DNA from: Candidatus Poribacteria bacterium
GTDB taxonomy: Bacteria; Poribacteria; WGA-4E; PCPOR2b
DNA length: 64,000 nt
Direction of reading: 5' to 3'
Assembly: GCA_965198175.1 (NCBI GenBank)
Contig: OZ240245.1
Coordinates: forward strand, 1,056,001 to 1,120,000
Below, piece after piece: positions 37,996 through 50,300 of this stretch. Position 1 is the first letter of the stretch. Every line of letters starts with the position of its first letter. The notes beneath the pieces were generated by a model. That model was not told the origin of the DNA, did not search any database, and saw only the letters and a list, made by a program, of their open reading frames with translations. A program made the position numbers and the translations under genes.

Positions 37996-39164
37996 TTCCC
38001 CGAATTGTGGTTTTCGAGAATTTCTCGATAAACGGCTTCCAATTGCTGGATAGATTGTTCATTATCGAACAGCCGGTGAATCCTTGCCTGTGCTTGTTCG
38101 CCCAGGGCTTCGGCGAACGCCCCATCCGTCAAAACACCGTGGATTGCCCGCGCTAACGCCTCTGGATCCGCGGCTGGAACTAGCACCCCACTCTTTCTAT
38201 CCTCAATTAAGTCAGAGACACTTCCCACGTCGGAAGCGATACAGGGGAGCCCGATCTCCATTGCCTCAATTAGTGCGTTTGGTGCGCTTTCGTGCAGCGA
38301 CGGAAGAACGAAAAGATTTGCGTCAGATAGAATCGGGAGGATATCCTCACAGAAGCCGGGTAGGCGTAAGCGATTCGAAAGATGATGGCTATCAGCGAAG
38401 CGACCTAACTCATCTTTTAACTCACCCTCTCCAAGGATTGTCACTGTGAAATCTGAGAAGTTGAACTTTGTGTTGAGTAGATTTAACGCTTTGATTAGGT
38501 ACCGGTAGCCTTTTTCAGGGACTAATCTACCGACGCTCACGATGTGTTGCACGGGCAAATCAGGTTGACTCGCGTTCCCAAGTTTACTTTGCCGCACTGA
38601 TAAAGGAGATGGATTTGGAGAACGGATAATATTCTGAATTGTTAAGATACGCTTTTCGGGATAACGCGCTCGAAGATTGTCCTGGAGGCGATTGGCATTG
38701 GTCAGGATAACGTCCGCGTGGTTGTAGATGATTCGTTCTGTCAACCAGAGTCGCAGTCGCCCATATCTAGCATGATAGTCACCGCGCTGTGAGACAATGA
38801 ATGGAATATCAGATAATATCGAAAATTGACGTGCAAGCCCACAGAGGAAATTGGAATACCAGAGCCAACTGTGAACGATTGATGGCTGGACTACTTTAAC
38901 AGTCCCCGCGAGTTTGAAGACCTTCGCGATTAAAGCCGATAAAGAACCTCTCCTTCCGATGCGCAGGACAGTAATTCCCTTGACAATCGGGAGTTTTGCC
39001 AGTCGTTTTAACCAGACTCCCTCTTCCCGGCTCAACACAACAAAGGCTTCAAAGCTGTCCCGGTTCAACCGCGCTAAGGTCCTGAGTAGCTGTGTTTCAG
39101 CCCCGCCTCTTCCCATCGAGTCGACAACAAAGAGAATCCGTATCCGATTCAAGGTCACCCTCAA
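37992..39164 (-). CDS. glycosyltransferase family 4
   Basis: GGAETQL, VGRL..EKG, FVLPS..E..PNALIEAM..GLP. Confidence 0.92.
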   Translation of the reverse strand: MRVTLNRIRILFVVDSMGRGGAETQLLRTLARLNRDSFEAFVVLSREEGVWLKRLAKLPIVKGITVLRIGRRGSLSALIAKVFKLAGTVKVVQPSIVHSWLWYSNFLCGLARQFSILSDIPFIVSQRGDYHARYGRLRLWLTERIIYNHADVILTNANRLQDNLRARYPEKRILTIQNIIRSPNPSPLSVRQSKLGNASQPDLPVQHIVSVGRLVPEKGYRYLIKALNLLNTKFNFSDFTVTILGEGELKDELGRFADSHHLSNRLRLPGFCEDILPILSDANLFVLPSLHESAPNALIEAMEIGLPCIASDVGSVSDLIEDRKSGVLVPAADPEALARAIHGVLTDGAFAEALGEQAQARIHRLFDNEQSIQQLEAVYREILENHNSGK

Positions 39165-40177
39165 TGCGTGGCACTTGTCAGTTGTTTAGCTCGAAGCGTG
39201 GGGCTTTCCAGGACTTCCAGGTTCACAACCGAATCTGGTATCTGCCCTGTTAAAACCTTTGCGACAGCCGTTGCCGCCTTGATCTCAAGATCGTAGATGG
39301 ACTCCTCTGACATGAACGCGGCATGCGGGGTGATAATGATGTTGTCCAAGCCGAGAAGGGGTTCGTCGGTGGCGGGGGGCTCCAGCGAAAGTACATCCAA
39401 AGCGGCGCCGGCAATCCAGCCTTCAGCTAACGCTTTGTGAAGCGCAGTTGAGTCGATGATATCCCCCCGAGACGTGTTGATGATGTAAGCGGTCGGCTTC
39501 ATTTGGCGGAGTTCCTTCTCTCCAATCAGTCCTTCCGTTTCGGGCGTCAGCGGCGCGTGGATGGTGATGAAATCTGAACGTGTAAGCAATCCGGGAAGAT
39601 TAGTATACTCCGCACCGTGCTTTTGAGCAATCTGCGGCGTCAATCGTGGTGAAAATGCCAATACTTCTAATCCAAAGGCTCTCGCTTTCGGCGGGATTGC
39701 TTCCCCAATTTTTCCGAGCCCGATGATGCCTAGCGTTTGACCGCGCATTCGGTGCATTGATGGTCCCACGTCTCGGTTCCATTCACCGCTTCTCACACCC
39801 CGGTCCAACAGGGAAACTTTCCGAGCGCATGCCAACAGAAGTGCCATTGCATGATCGGAGACCTCATCAACGCAGAAAACCGGGACGTTTGTTACAACGA
39901 TTCCCAACGCTGTTGCGGTCTCTACATCAATATTATCAACGCCGATCCCAGTCCGTCCGATTACCTTGCATTCGCGGGCGGCTTGAATGACGTTGCCGGT
40001 CGTCGGCTTCCAATTGGTGAGAATACCATCAGCCTCTGGTGCAAGAGCGACGAGCTCCTCCTCCGTCCCGGTCTCGGCGACAATCAGTTCCGCCCCGATC
40101 TCTGCGAGGACTTGGCGCTCTAGCTCGACGGAGGGCCAACCGTAATCGGTCATTACAACCCTATATGTGGAGGACAC
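39161..40177 (-). CDS. D-isomer-specific 2-hydroxyacid dehydrogenase (CtBP/PGDH-like)
   Basis: GIGVDNID, GIIGLGKIG, INTSRG, GAALDV..EP, TPHAAF; GTG start at 40177. Confidence 0.9.
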   Translation of the reverse strand: MSSTYRVVMTDYGWPSVELERQVLAEIGAELIVAETGTEEELVALAPEADGILTNWKPTTGNVIQAARECKVIGRTGIGVDNIDVETATALGIVVTNVPVFCVDEVSDHAMALLLACARKVSLLDRGVRSGEWNRDVGPSMHRMRGQTLGIIGLGKIGEAIPPKARAFGLEVLAFSPRLTPQIAQKHGAEYTNLPGLLTRSDFITIHAPLTPETEGLIGEKELRQMKPTAYIINTSRGDIIDSTALHKALAEGWIAGAALDVLSLEPPATDEPLLGLDNIIITPHAAFMSEESIYDLEIKAATAVAKVLTGQIPDSVVNLEVLESPTLRAKQLTSATH

Positions 40178-40252
40178 GGCTGATTTCCTTTCTTTGCGCA
40201 GCATTTGCGGCGAAAGTCTTTGAAAAGTAAAGTATATCCGTATTCCGAGAAT

Positions 40253-41254
40253 CTACTCCTCTGCAAACGCTGCATCGAAAGCCGCAGCCGGAGGTTCAAA
40301 ATCAATAGCCTTGATTCTCGCACACGATTCTTCTGCACCCCGCTCACGATCCATACCGCTGTCTTCCCATTCAATCGAAAGGGGACCAGCATACCCGATG
40401 CGATTGAGCGCTCGAACAATTTCCCCAAAATCGATATTCCCGTGCCCGATTGAGCGAAAATCCCAGTAGCGCCGTGCATCACCGAAGTTGAGGTGCCCGC
40501 CAAATACACCTGAGGAACGCGGTGTCGATGACCACCAGACGTCCTTCATGTGCACGTGATAGATGCGATCTGCGAATCGATCGATGAAGTCGATGTAATC
40601 AACACCTTGATAGCCAAGATGACTCGGATCGTAGTTGAGTCCGAACGCCTCCCGTCCGTTGACCGCCTCCATGGCTCGTTCTGTGCTAACGATATCAAAG
40701 GCAATCTCAGTTGGGTGCACTTCAAGCCCGAACTTAACGCCAACTTCATCAAATACGTCGAAGATTGGATTCCATCGGTCGGCGAAATCCTGATAGCCCC
40801 CGTCAATCATCTCAGGGGTGTTGGGCGGGAAAGAATAAAGTAGATGCCAGATACTGCTACCGGTAAACCCGTTAACCACACTCACGCCGAGTTTGGCAGC
40901 TGCACGTGCGGTGTTTTTCATTTCTTCAGCTGCCCGCTGACGAACACCTTCAGGATCCCCGTCTCCCCATACGTAAGGCGGAAGAACCGCCTGGTGCCGG
41001 CTATCAATATTGTCGCACACCGCTTGTCCAATCAGATGATTACTAATTGACCAGACCTTAAGGCCGTATGTCGCTAAGAGATCGTGCCGCCCTTGACAAT
41101 AGCTGTCATCCTCCAGGGCTTTTTGAACGTCAAAATGATCTCCCCAGCATCCCAATTCTAACCCATCATATCCCCATTGACTGGTTTTTTTCGCCAAATC
41201 CTCAAGGGTTAAATCTGCCCACTGTCCAGTGATCAGTGTTACAGGTCTTGCCAT
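40253..41254 (-). CDS. sugar phosphate isomerase/epimerase (xylose-isomerase-like TIM barrel)
   Basis: [37 protein letters not shown]. Confidence 0.9.
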   Translation of the reverse strand: MARPVTLITGQWADLTLEDLAKKTSQWGYDGLELGCWGDHFDVQKALEDDSYCQGRHDLLATYGLKVWSISNHLIGQAVCDNIDSRHQAVLPPYVWGDGDPEGVRQRAAEEMKNTARAAAKLGVSVVNGFTGSSIWHLLYSFPPNTPEMIDGGYQDFADRWNPIFDVFDEVGVKFGLEVHPTEIAFDIVSTERAMEAVNGREAFGLNYDPSHLGYQGVDYIDFIDRFADRIYHVHMKDVWWSSTPRSSGVFGGHLNFGDARRYWDFRSIGHGNIDFGEIVRALNRIGYAGPLSIEWEDSGMDRERGAEESCARIKAIDFEPPAAAFDAAFAEE

Positions 41255-41337
41255 TTCTTAAGCTCCTTACAATTTTCTGAGTTTCGATGAGGAATAACGG
41301 TGAATCAACCGAAGAACCTTCCAGCCTCGACGGAGGC

Positions 41338-41366
41338 ATTATAACACGATTGGGATTTTCTGTCAA
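41338..41366 (-). promoter_or_regulatory. sigma70 promoter upstream of the isomerase gene
   Basis: TTGACA-17 bp-TATAAT with extended TG. Confidence 0.7.
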
Positions 41367-41481
41367 TCTCAGCCGGTGTAGATGTCAAACGACATGAGGA
41401 AATGAAAGGACAACCTAAACCGTCGCTAACCGCCTATTCTAATTACTATAGATTCGTATTCTCTCTACCTGCTCGGAAGCC

Positions 41482-43842
41482 TTAATTTAGTTTATCTTTT
41501 TGGACGAGAGGTTGGGCATCTTCCGAATCGTTTTCTGAAGCCTTCGTGAAGAAGTTATGTCCCCATTTCTTTAAACGAAGTGAGTTGGTAACAACAAAAA
41601 CAGAACTACACGCCATCGCCGCAGCAGAAAACATTGGATTGAGCAAGAACGATTCTGGATTCCCGATGTCCAACGATTTAACCACCAGATATAAGGCACC
41701 GGCGGCAATTGGAATCCCAAGTACGTTATAGAAAAATGCCCAGAAGAGATTCCACTGGATGGTTCGGAAGGTTTTGCGGCTGAGCTGAATCGCGGTTGCT
41801 ACACCCATCAGATCTTCTTTGAGCAACGTGATATCAGCGGTTTCGATGGCGACATCCGTGCCGGTGCTGATTGAAATCCCGACATCGGCTTGTGCTAGCG
41901 CGGGCGCATCATTGATGCCGTCACCGACCATCGCAACGTACTTGCCTGCTCTTTGCAACGTCTTGACGTGTTCGACCTTATCCTCAGGCAAAACCTCTGC
42001 GAAAAATTGATTAATGCCGGCGCGATGGGCAATCGCCCGTGCAGCGTTCTTGATGTCGCCCGTCAGCATAACTGTATCAAGCCCGAAATGGTGCAAAGCG
42101 TCCACAGCTTGCGCGGAAGTAGGCTTTAATGAATCCGCAATAGCAATGAGTCCAACAATTCGTCCGTCAATACCAACCCAGATTGGTGTTTTTCCTTCAT
42201 CGGAGAATTGCAATTCAATCTCAGAATCCTGCGCGCGTAGTTCCATCCCATTCTTCCCCATGAATCGGCGACTGCCAACAAAGATGTTTTGATTATTGAC
42301 AATTGCACGTACCCCATGACCGCTAATCGCTTCAAACTGTTGTATCTCCACCGCTCCGTCTTCCCCGAACGATTGAACCGGTATCCCGCGATCGCTACAG
42401 GCGCGGATAATCGCATCCGCTAGTGGGTGTTCTGATCGAGATTCTAGGACAGCAACAATTGACAACAGTTCTGATTCCTGACAATCTCCAAAGGTGATAA
42501 TATCCGTCACCGTTGGTGTGCCCTGCGTCAACGTTCCCGTTTTGTCGAACACAACCGTTGTAGTGCGATGCGCCATCTCTAGACTCTCACCGCTCTTGAT
42601 CAAGATGCCCAACTCCGCGCCGCGGCCCGTCCCAACAGCAATGGCTGTGGGCGTAGCTAAACCGAGTGAACATGGACACGCAATAATCATTACAGCGATG
42701 AAATTCTGCAGTGCCATCGTGAAACTGGGACCGAACGTCAACCACAAGATGAAAGTGACCGCTGCAATTCCAATGACAATCGGAACAAAAATCCCAGCGA
42801 TTACATCTGCTAACCGCTGAACAGGGGCTTTGGAGTTTTGCGCATCTTCAACGCGGCGGATAATCTGTGCCAACATGGTGTCAGCCCCAATCTTCGTTGC
42901 CTCAAAGATTAAACTGCCTGACCCGTTGATTGATCCGCCAATGACCCCGTCCCCAACTGTTTTGGGAACTAACATGCTTTCACCTGTCAGCATTGATTCA
43001 TCAACACCTGACTTTCCTTCGCAAACAACCCCGTCAACGGCAATTTTCTCTCCGGGGCGCATAACAACCCGATCTCCAATCTGAACCTGTTCAATTGCTA
43101 TCTCGATTTCACGTCCATCTCGTAGGACGTGTGCAATCTTTGGCTGAAGCCCGATTAGCTTTGTGATTGCTTCTGAAGTTCGCCCTTTCGCCTTAGCTTC
43201 AAGAAATTTACCAACGAGAATCAAGGTGATTATCATCGCTGCTGTTTCATAGTAGCTCACCGGACTCGGCTGTGGCGAAAAAAATGACATCACCGTCAGG
43301 GCAGCGCTGTAGATATACGCGGCTGAAGTCCCAACACTAATTAGCACATTCATATCCGCCGTAAAATGTCGCAACGCCGTGTAAGCCCCTTTGTGAAACT
43401 GCCATCCGCTCCAAAACTGGACCGGTGTTGTCAAAAAAAAGAGGAGGATGAGTTTCAGACGCACAGTGACGGGGGCGCTTGGATGATAAAACATTAGCGA
43501 CATGGCGATGGCAGAAACGAGCGCAGACGCGAAAATCTTCCATTTTAATTGAGACAGTTCGCGCCGATGTGCTTCGGTCTTTGCGGCGGATTGCACTCCT
43601 CGCGTTTGAGGAACAGCCATCGCGGTATATCCCGCATCGCGAACCGCCGACTTGAGTGTTTCAAAATCGGCAATCGATCCGTCGTATTCAACTGTCGCTT
43701 GTTCCGTGCCGAAGTTGACATTCGCGGTTGACACGCCCGGCACGGATCTCAGGGCTTTCTCGACCCGTGCCACACACGCGGCGCAGCTCATCCCGTTAAC
43801 AGCCATCGCCCGCCTTTGAAAGAATTCGCCCTCTGCTTCCAT
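41482..43842 (-). CDS. copA: copper-translocating P1B-type ATPase
   Basis: GMSCAAC metal-binding domain, [24 protein letters not shown] and MxxS; alternative start 43854. Confidence 0.95.
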   Translation of the reverse strand: MEAEGEFFQRRAMAVNGMSCAACVARVEKALRSVPGVSTANVNFGTEQATVEYDGSIADFETLKSAVRDAGYTAMAVPQTRGVQSAAKTEAHRRELSQLKWKIFASALVSAIAMSLMFYHPSAPVTVRLKLILLFFLTTPVQFWSGWQFHKGAYTALRHFTADMNVLISVGTSAAYIYSAALTVMSFFSPQPSPVSYYETAAMIITLILVGKFLEAKAKGRTSEAITKLIGLQPKIAHVLRDGREIEIAIEQVQIGDRVVMRPGEKIAVDGVVCEGKSGVDESMLTGESMLVPKTVGDGVIGGSINGSGSLIFEATKIGADTMLAQIIRRVEDAQNSKAPVQRLADVIAGIFVPIVIGIAAVTFILWLTFGPSFTMALQNFIAVMIIACPCSLGLATPTAIAVGTGRGAELGILIKSGESLEMAHRTTTVVFDKTGTLTQGTPTVTDIITFGDCQESELLSIVAVLESRSEHPLADAIIRACSDRGIPVQSFGEDGAVEIQQFEAISGHGVRAIVNNQNIFVGSRRFMGKNGMELRAQDSEIELQFSDEGKTPIWVGIDGRIVGLIAIADSLKPTSAQAVDALHHFGLDTVMLTGDIKNAARAIAHRAGINQFFAEVLPEDKVEHVKTLQRAGKYVAMVGDGINDAPALAQADVGISISTGTDVAIETADITLLKEDLMGVATAIQLSRKTFRTIQWNLFWAFFYNVLGIPIAAGALYLVVKSLDIGNPESFLLNPMFSAAAMACSSVFVVTNSLRLKKWGHNFFTKASENDSEDAQPLVQKDKLN

Positions 43843-43910
43843 CTTGTTTTCCAAAGCCCTCTATGTTTCTCCGTTTTCAGGTTGACTTCCCCGAAGAGAA
43901 ATCGTTTGAC

Positions 43911-44876
43911 TTACGTCAACGGCGCCGAAACGGCATCTAGTTTTTCGCGTACTGAATCATCGAGCGTCCACCCTAGAGCGCCAACATTCTCTGTAACCTG
44001 ATCCGTTGTGTCGCAGCCGATAATCGCAACTGTTATTTCCGGGTGCGAGAGCACCCACGCCAATGCCAATTGCGCCGGTGTCTTTTCCAACTCTCCTGCA
44101 AGTTGCTTGACGGACGGTATAACTACGTTGGCGACCTCTTGAATTCCGTATTCCAATCGTGGATGGTGGTTCTCCCACCGCGCTTCAGGTGGCGGTAGGG
44201 TACCCGATAGATTAACACCGCTGAGGAGCCCTACTCCTAGGGGACTGTAAACCATAACCCCCAGTCCCTCTTCGCGCACAAGCCCAAATATCTCACGCTC
44301 AAGGCTACGATTCAGCAGGCTATATTGGTTCTGGATGCACATATACGGTGTCGCATTGATTGTATCCGCAATCCATAGCGCCTTGCAGATCCGCCACGAC
44401 GCCTCATAATTGCAGCAGCCGATGTAACGGACTTTGCCAGCGCGAACCAGATCATCCAACGCGCGAATGGTCTCGGGAAGTGGTGTCGAGTCATCAAAAA
44501 CATGAACCAAATAGACGTCGATGTGATCTGTGTTCAGACGAGTGAGAGATCGGTCGACCTCGCGCATGATGTGATACCTAGACAACCCTACATCATTCGG
44601 CCCCGATCCAACTGAACTGGCTGCCTTCGTGGTTATTACGACATCGTCCCGTCTTCCCTGAAGGGCTTTACCTAGTACAGTTTCCGAATGGACAATGCTG
44701 TCCTGATCTGTTCCAACGCTATATACGTTCGCACAGTCGATGAAGTTGATTCCTAAATCGATTGCATGTTCAATGACCCTTTGGGCAGCGATTGGATCGG
44801 GTTGTCTTCTGAATCCGAGACCAAGAGCCAACGGACTGACTTTGACCCCTGCTTTGCCGAAGTTGACGTATTCCAC
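43911..44876 (-). CDS. aldo/keto reductase
   Basis: GINFIDCANVY, SL.RL.TDHIDVY..H, GKVRYIG, Q.QYSLL.R; GTG start 44876 after AAGGAG. Confidence 0.92.
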   Translation of the reverse strand: MEYVNFGKAGVKVSPLALGLGFRRQPDPIAAQRVIEHAIDLGINFIDCANVYSVGTDQDSIVHSETVLGKALQGRRDDVVITTKAASSVGSGPNDVGLSRYHIMREVDRSLTRLNTDHIDVYLVHVFDDSTPLPETIRALDDLVRAGKVRYIGCCNYEASWRICKALWIADTINATPYMCIQNQYSLLNRSLEREIFGLVREEGLGVMVYSPLGVGLLSGVNLSGTLPPPEARWENHHPRLEYGIQEVANVVIPSVKQLAGELEKTPAQLALAWVLSHPEITVAIIGCDTTDQVTENVGALGWTLDDSVREKLDAVSAPLT

Positions 44877-45090
44877 GACGATTGCTCCTTTGCAAGACGG
44901 TAACAACATTGGATTTGCCAATTTAGCCGAATCCGCATCGAAACAGACGACATGAAGCGAAGAGACACTACGATCAGAATACCACAAAGGCAGATGAAAA
45001 GTCAACGTTTTTCGACACTCGACAATGTGGCTCGAAACAGGAATGTCAAGGGTTTCGCTAATCTTTCCAGTGAGAGGAAGACATGACCGA

Positions 45091-45125
45091 ATAAGCCCCA
45101 CCCGAATCAAACGGATGGGACTTAT
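45091..45125 (-). terminator. hairpin downstream of the PhyH gene
   Basis: Minus strand ATAAGTCCCATCCG-7 nt-CGGGTGGGGCTTAT (G.U pairs); no clear U tract. Confidence 0.35.
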
Positions 45126-45304
45126 CCAAAAATTATATCACTCGCACAAGGTGGATGGTCGTTTTAGTGGGTATCTCTGTTGTTTGTCGGAGAATGTTCA
45201 GAAGGGTGTCGTAGCTGGGGCATTTTTGCAGCTGGTGAACTGTGTGGCGTTCACGGGTTGCTTTGGAATCGTGAGGAACGCACTCAAACGCGCTTGTTAG
45301 GTGT

Positions 45305-46018
45305 TCATGCGGGTTCGACGGAGTGCACTAGCAACTCCTGCAGGCGAGGCGGAAAGGTTTCATAAATCTCTCGCTTAACGAGAGGCCACGTCGTGGGCGG
45401 TCGATATAGGCACATAGGCGTGTAATATATATTCGCGAACATGCGATGCTGGTCGGTCGACGTGTTTGCGCCGGTTCGATGCCAGAGTCCGTTGTGGTAA
45501 ACAAATGCGGACCCCTTTTTACCGGTCACCGGGATTTCCTGCGGATAGCTGTCTCGGCTCGGTGCGCGTTGCGTATGATGACTGAAAGGCACAATTCGTG
45601 TTGCACCATTTTCTGGGGTGCCGTCCGTGAGCATCCAAAAGACCTGAAGCCCGTTCCAGGGCGGTATAGGAGAACCAGGTCCTGTGCGCAAGGCACCAGG
45701 TGTCGGCCAGTCGGCGTGTAGTCCTTGTTCTGGAGTTCCGGGCTTACACCATTTCATGGCGGCGTTATTTGCGATTATTAACCCTTCTCCAAGTACTGCC
45801 TCGGCGATGTCGAGAATTAGCGGGTGTATGCACAACTGGGCGAGTTCCGGAATATGGTTGAGCGAGCCCTCCAGACTGATGTAGGCGTTCCCCATCGAAT
45901 CCATTATCGTGCGTGCAAGACTATCCAAACGCTCTGCCTCTTCGGGTGACAATAGGTTTTCCAAGATGCAGTAGCCTTCGTCCGCCAATCGGCCTTTGAT
46001 TTCGTTGATTTCCATCAT
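45305..46018 (-). CDS. PhyH-family dioxygenase
   Basis: EGYCILENLL, LHADW, ENGATRIVPFSH, WHRTGAN...R. Confidence 0.9.
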   Translation of the reverse strand: MMEINEIKGRLADEGYCILENLLSPEEAERLDSLARTIMDSMGNAYISLEGSLNHIPELAQLCIHPLILDIAEAVLGEGLIIANNAAMKWCKPGTPEQGLHADWPTPGALRTGPGSPIPPWNGLQVFWMLTDGTPENGATRIVPFSHHTQRAPSRDSYPQEIPVTGKKGSAFVYHNGLWHRTGANTSTDQHRMFANIYYTPMCLYRPPTTWPLVKREIYETFPPRLQELLVHSVEPA

Positions 46019-46361
46019 ATTTCTCTCTAAAAAGGTTCTCCATTTAGAATTTCGTTAAACAGCTTTGACCACAGGAATATAACCACAAAGTATAGCACGA
46101 CTCCCTTAAAAGTCAAACAAAAAATAAGTACCAGGCTTGTTGAGGTGGCGATGTCGTGACTGTGGTCGGTCCGAAATCAAAAAGCCTTCTGTACACAACG
46201 TTTGGAAGATTGGGCGTGAATATGGTATAATGGAATCGAGAATGGAGCAATGCGTCTTCCTCACGGTCTGATACCAACCTTCTATTGAACTTGCGCCATC
46301 CTCATTCTGTTTGAAAAGAAGAAATCGATGTTAATATCTATTACCAGAAAGGAATAACAAA

Positions 46362-47243
46362 TTGGAAAAACTTATCATCACCGTCACGTGTGATTCCGAT
46401 CTATCGTATCCCGGCAACCCCTACGGTCCAAAACCTAGCGATACCAAGGGCGTTGCCGCGGAGTATGTGCGCTCTATCAATGCGGGAGCGGCTATCGCAC
46501 ACACACACGGCTCATATACCAGTGACCCGGAGATTCAACCAGATGGTCGAAAACTACAACTGCCCATCGTGGAAGGGTGGGTCGAGATTGTAGATGGAAT
46601 GCGGGCTGGCGGTAGCAACCCGATTGTGCAGCTTGGGCTAGCCAGTATGCGCCTGGAGCACAAGATAGAGCTTTGGGATACAATCAACGCTGACATGAGT
46701 GCGATTGCTTTTAACTCACACGACGAGTACTTTCATCCCGATCCAGCCTACCCCCCGAATGAGATATATGCGGTTCACCCCGTCTCGGAACTCAAAGAGT
46801 ACGCCCGTCTAGCAAACGAGCACAATGTCAAGCTGGAGATCGAAGCGTTCCATACCGGCGCCTTCTGGAATATCCAGAAACTGCGGGAGGATGAAGGACT
46901 TTTGCCCGATCCGCTCTGGGTTACGCTATTTATCAGTTGGCCCGGTGGTTCGTGGACACCGCCGAAGGCGGAAGCGATGCTTTACTTGGTAAACAATTTG
47001 CCGCCGCGAGTGAATTGGAACATGAGCTGTATGGATCCACCGGTCTACTGGCAAATCGTCAACCAGGCTATCCTACTCGGAGGAAATGTTCGCGTCGGTA
47101 TGGAGGACTGCCCCTATTTGGAAGACGGTACACTTGCAAAAACCAACGCGGCTCTGGTGGAGAAAGCGGTCCGCATGGCGCGTGAGATTGGAAGAGAAAT
47201 CGCCTCACCCGAAGAAGCGAGAGAGATTATCGGGATGTCTTAA
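46362..47243 (+). CDS. beta-keto acid cleavage enzyme (BKACE/DUF849, Kce-like)
   Basis: MEKLIIT, AGAAIAHTH, KLEIE, GGNVRVGMED, REIASPEEAR. Confidence 0.9.
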   Translation: MEKLIITVTCDSDLSYPGNPYGPKPSDTKGVAAEYVRSINAGAAIAHTHGSYTSDPEIQPDGRKLQLPIVEGWVEIVDGMRAGGSNPIVQLGLASMRLEHKIELWDTINADMSAIAFNSHDEYFHPDPAYPPNEIYAVHPVSELKEYARLANEHNVKLEIEAFHTGAFWNIQKLREDEGLLPDPLWVTLFISWPGGSWTPPKAEAMLYLVNNLPPRVNWNMSCMDPPVYWQIVNQAILLGGNVRVGMEDCPYLEDGTLAKTNAALVEKAVRMAREIGREIASPEEAREIIGMS

Positions 47244-47280
47244 GTGGGTGTGCGCACCGTGTAACTAAGCGCTGAAGACA

Positions 47281-47314
47281 AGGCAGGGAGCAAGGAGAGC
47301 TTGTTCCCATGCCT
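47281..47314. terminator. hairpin between convergent genes
   Basis: AGGCAGGGAGCAAG-gagag-CTTGTTCCCATGCCT. Confidence 0.45.
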
Positions 47315-47380
47315 CCGCGCGAAAACCCACCGATAAGCGAGTATCGCGGAAAAACAAATAAAATAGGTAAATACTTGGGT

Positions 47381-50300
47381 TTACTCTGAATCATTAAACC
47401 GTTCAGTCACACCGCTCGCGGTCAAACGAAGGTTGTTCGTTAGATAGATGGCATCCAACTGGGTCCTCGGCTCCCGTACGTAAATGCGGATTTCGTGTTT
47501 TCCTTTGGTGAGGTATAATGCGCCGACAGTTCGTATCGAATCGCGGTCTATCGCCGCCCCCCATCCCCACTGATTGAAACTTTTTGCATCGCAAGCGAGA
47601 AAGTTCGGCTCAACATCGGTTGCGACGAAGAAGGAATCGCTTTTTCCATCGTGAGAGAGTGTTCGCAGCCAAATCGCGTAGTCGTCATCGTCGGGAATGT
47701 CAATTTCGTATACCAACCAAGTTGACTGGTTATCATCGCGTAGCGCAGCAAGATATTCGCCGCCTGACGCGGCTTCATCGTTGCGCTTGACGAATACGTC
47801 TGGCCGTTTTTCACCGTCAAGCCGCGTAGAATTCTCTGCTTCCACAAAGTAAGAGAACGGTATGTCGGGCATCGGTACCTGCTCGTTTCCGATCAGATTT
47901 GTCATACCCATCCGTTCGAGGCTTGCTTGAATCTGATCGATTGTCAGGACGTTATATTTCGGACCGGGAAAGTTATTTGCGAGGGGTTTGTAGACGACCT
48001 CATCATCTACACAGAACCCAAGCAGTTTACCATCGTAGTCGACATACGCATCGCTGAGCGAAGATCCGCCCAACCCACCGATTTGGAATGAACTGATGTT
48101 TCCTCCATTGTCAACTTCAAGCGTGTGGACGCTTACGCCGCTGTTTACGGTAATTTGTGCATCGCGTCTTTGTCCAGATTGACCATGGGCGGTAATCTGC
48201 GCGATTGTAGGGTACGATCTCCCTGGGCGACCGTCCGCGGTTGTGTAGTCAAACGGCGCGTACTCCTTCAAGTCATCAACTGTTCCCATCTCGACAGGTC
48301 GCAGGTACTTCGCGCCTTCGACCTTTAGAACAGCTAGTCTTGCCTCTGAATCTCTAGCCATAACCTGAGCCGGCAAATAATCAGTAATCTTCGCCCGGAT
48401 GGACGTGGCATCAGCGACAATGTCGGGAACAAGCAGGTGCCCCGTTGAGTTTAGTATTACGCCCATGAATGTAACTCCTTCAGCTTCGGCAAGTAGATAG
48501 GACTTTCGGGCTTCAATCCGCTCGCTGCGAAATGTGGACCACTTGCGATTCATCTCATCGTTCCGTCTATCAGCTTTCGTCTCAGGAACGGCTTCCATAA
48601 GCGCTTTGAATGATGGCCTATCGCTGATTGCTGAGAACGCCCCCGGCATACGCTTTGCCTGCTTCGCTAGACGCCCACTCGGGTCATTTTCCATTGCCAT
48701 CTCAAACGCCTGCCAGCATTTTTCGGCGTTGTCCCGTTCGCCATAAAACGTGGCAAGGTCAAAGGCAGCATCGGCTAATCGGAATTCCGCTTCCGTTTTG
48801 GACTGGTTTGCCTCAACGAGCAGCACCAAGGCCCGGTCGTATAGCGCTAAGGCTTTTTCGCTATGGCTATCTTTATATAAACGAATAAGAGTCATAATGA
48901 GTTCAATGTCATTCGGTTGAATCTCAAAGGCTTGCTCATATTCTGTAATCGCCTTCTCGTGTTTGCCGCGTCTAAGGTGCACATCCGCCCGCAACTTGTG
49001 AAGTTTGGCGATGTTCGTCTTATCTGGTTCTCTTGGAATTTCGCCAAGCAGAGAAGAAATCACCGAGTCGAGCTCGATGCCGCCGCGCAGGTCGTTTTCG
49101 CGTACCAGCCCGTTCTTGTCAATGACCGTGTAGTGTGGAATGCCACCCACATTGAATTTGGCTTGTATCTCATCCGTCCCGCGGATGTTTATCCACGGCA
49201 TTTCATTGTTTGCGACGAACTTTGCGACTGTTTCGTCATTGACATCTGAACTGATACTGATGAGGGCGAAATTGGGATTATTCTTGTGCCTTTGATAAAG
49301 TGCTCTCAAGTCAGGCAGCTCGTGGATGCACGGTCCGCACCAGGTCGCCCAGAAGTCCAGCAAGACGACCTTGCCGCGAAAGTCCTTGAGTGAGACGGTT
49401 TTGCCGTTGATATCCTTCAGCGTAAAATCCGGCGCCGGTCTGCCCAATATCAATTCTGCGGCGAGGAGACGGAATTCGGCAGCCTTCTCCCACTCGTTCA
49501 TCATTGAGTAAAGCCTTGCCTTCTCCTCATACACTTGCTGAAGAGCCGCTGGGTCATCAATTTTGTCTAGCTCGGCGAGCGCCTCCTTGTATTTGCCATC
49601 CTGTTCAAAATAACCGATCTTAATTGACCGTATGTCAAACGCGTGTTTCGATTTGGGAAACGCCTTCAAGAACGCATCTAATTCAGTTTTGGCTTCCTCT
49701 TGCCTTCGGAGCCCTAATAGGCCTTGAATCTTATACATCCATGCCTCATCACGCTTGTCGCTTTCGGGATACATGCTGAGAAACCGTTTGCTGAGTTCAA
49801 ACCCTTTTTCACGCTGTTGCGTGAACTGTTCCATCATCGCCTCCCTTTCGGCATCGGTTGGCGTACTCTCAGAGGGGCTTGGCCTCCATAGCACAGCTTC
49901 CCTAGTCTGTAGCAGCAATTTTTCGTCGTCAAGCGCTTCGGCAATATGCATGATGCCGAGCGGCAGCACGAGACAGGCGACGGTCAGAATGCTTACGGAA
50001 ATCGCTGCTTTAGTCACCGGCTGCCGATTGCGGTCTGTCGCCAGAATGACTCGCAACCGCTTTTCAATCCACGAAGGCTGCGCCATAGCTACTGCAGCGC
50101 GTGCGGTAAATGCACGCGGCAGCGATTTCCGGGCAATCTCAAGTAGATGTTCGGCATAGTCTGTCGCCCGGTAACCGGCAGTAAGGACGTGGTCGTCGCA
50201 GGCGCGCTCACGCTCAAGGCGCATGCGGCGATCAGCCATCCAGACCAACGGGTTAAACCAATAGATGGCGCAGGAGATATGGGCGAGTGTCTGCGTTAGC

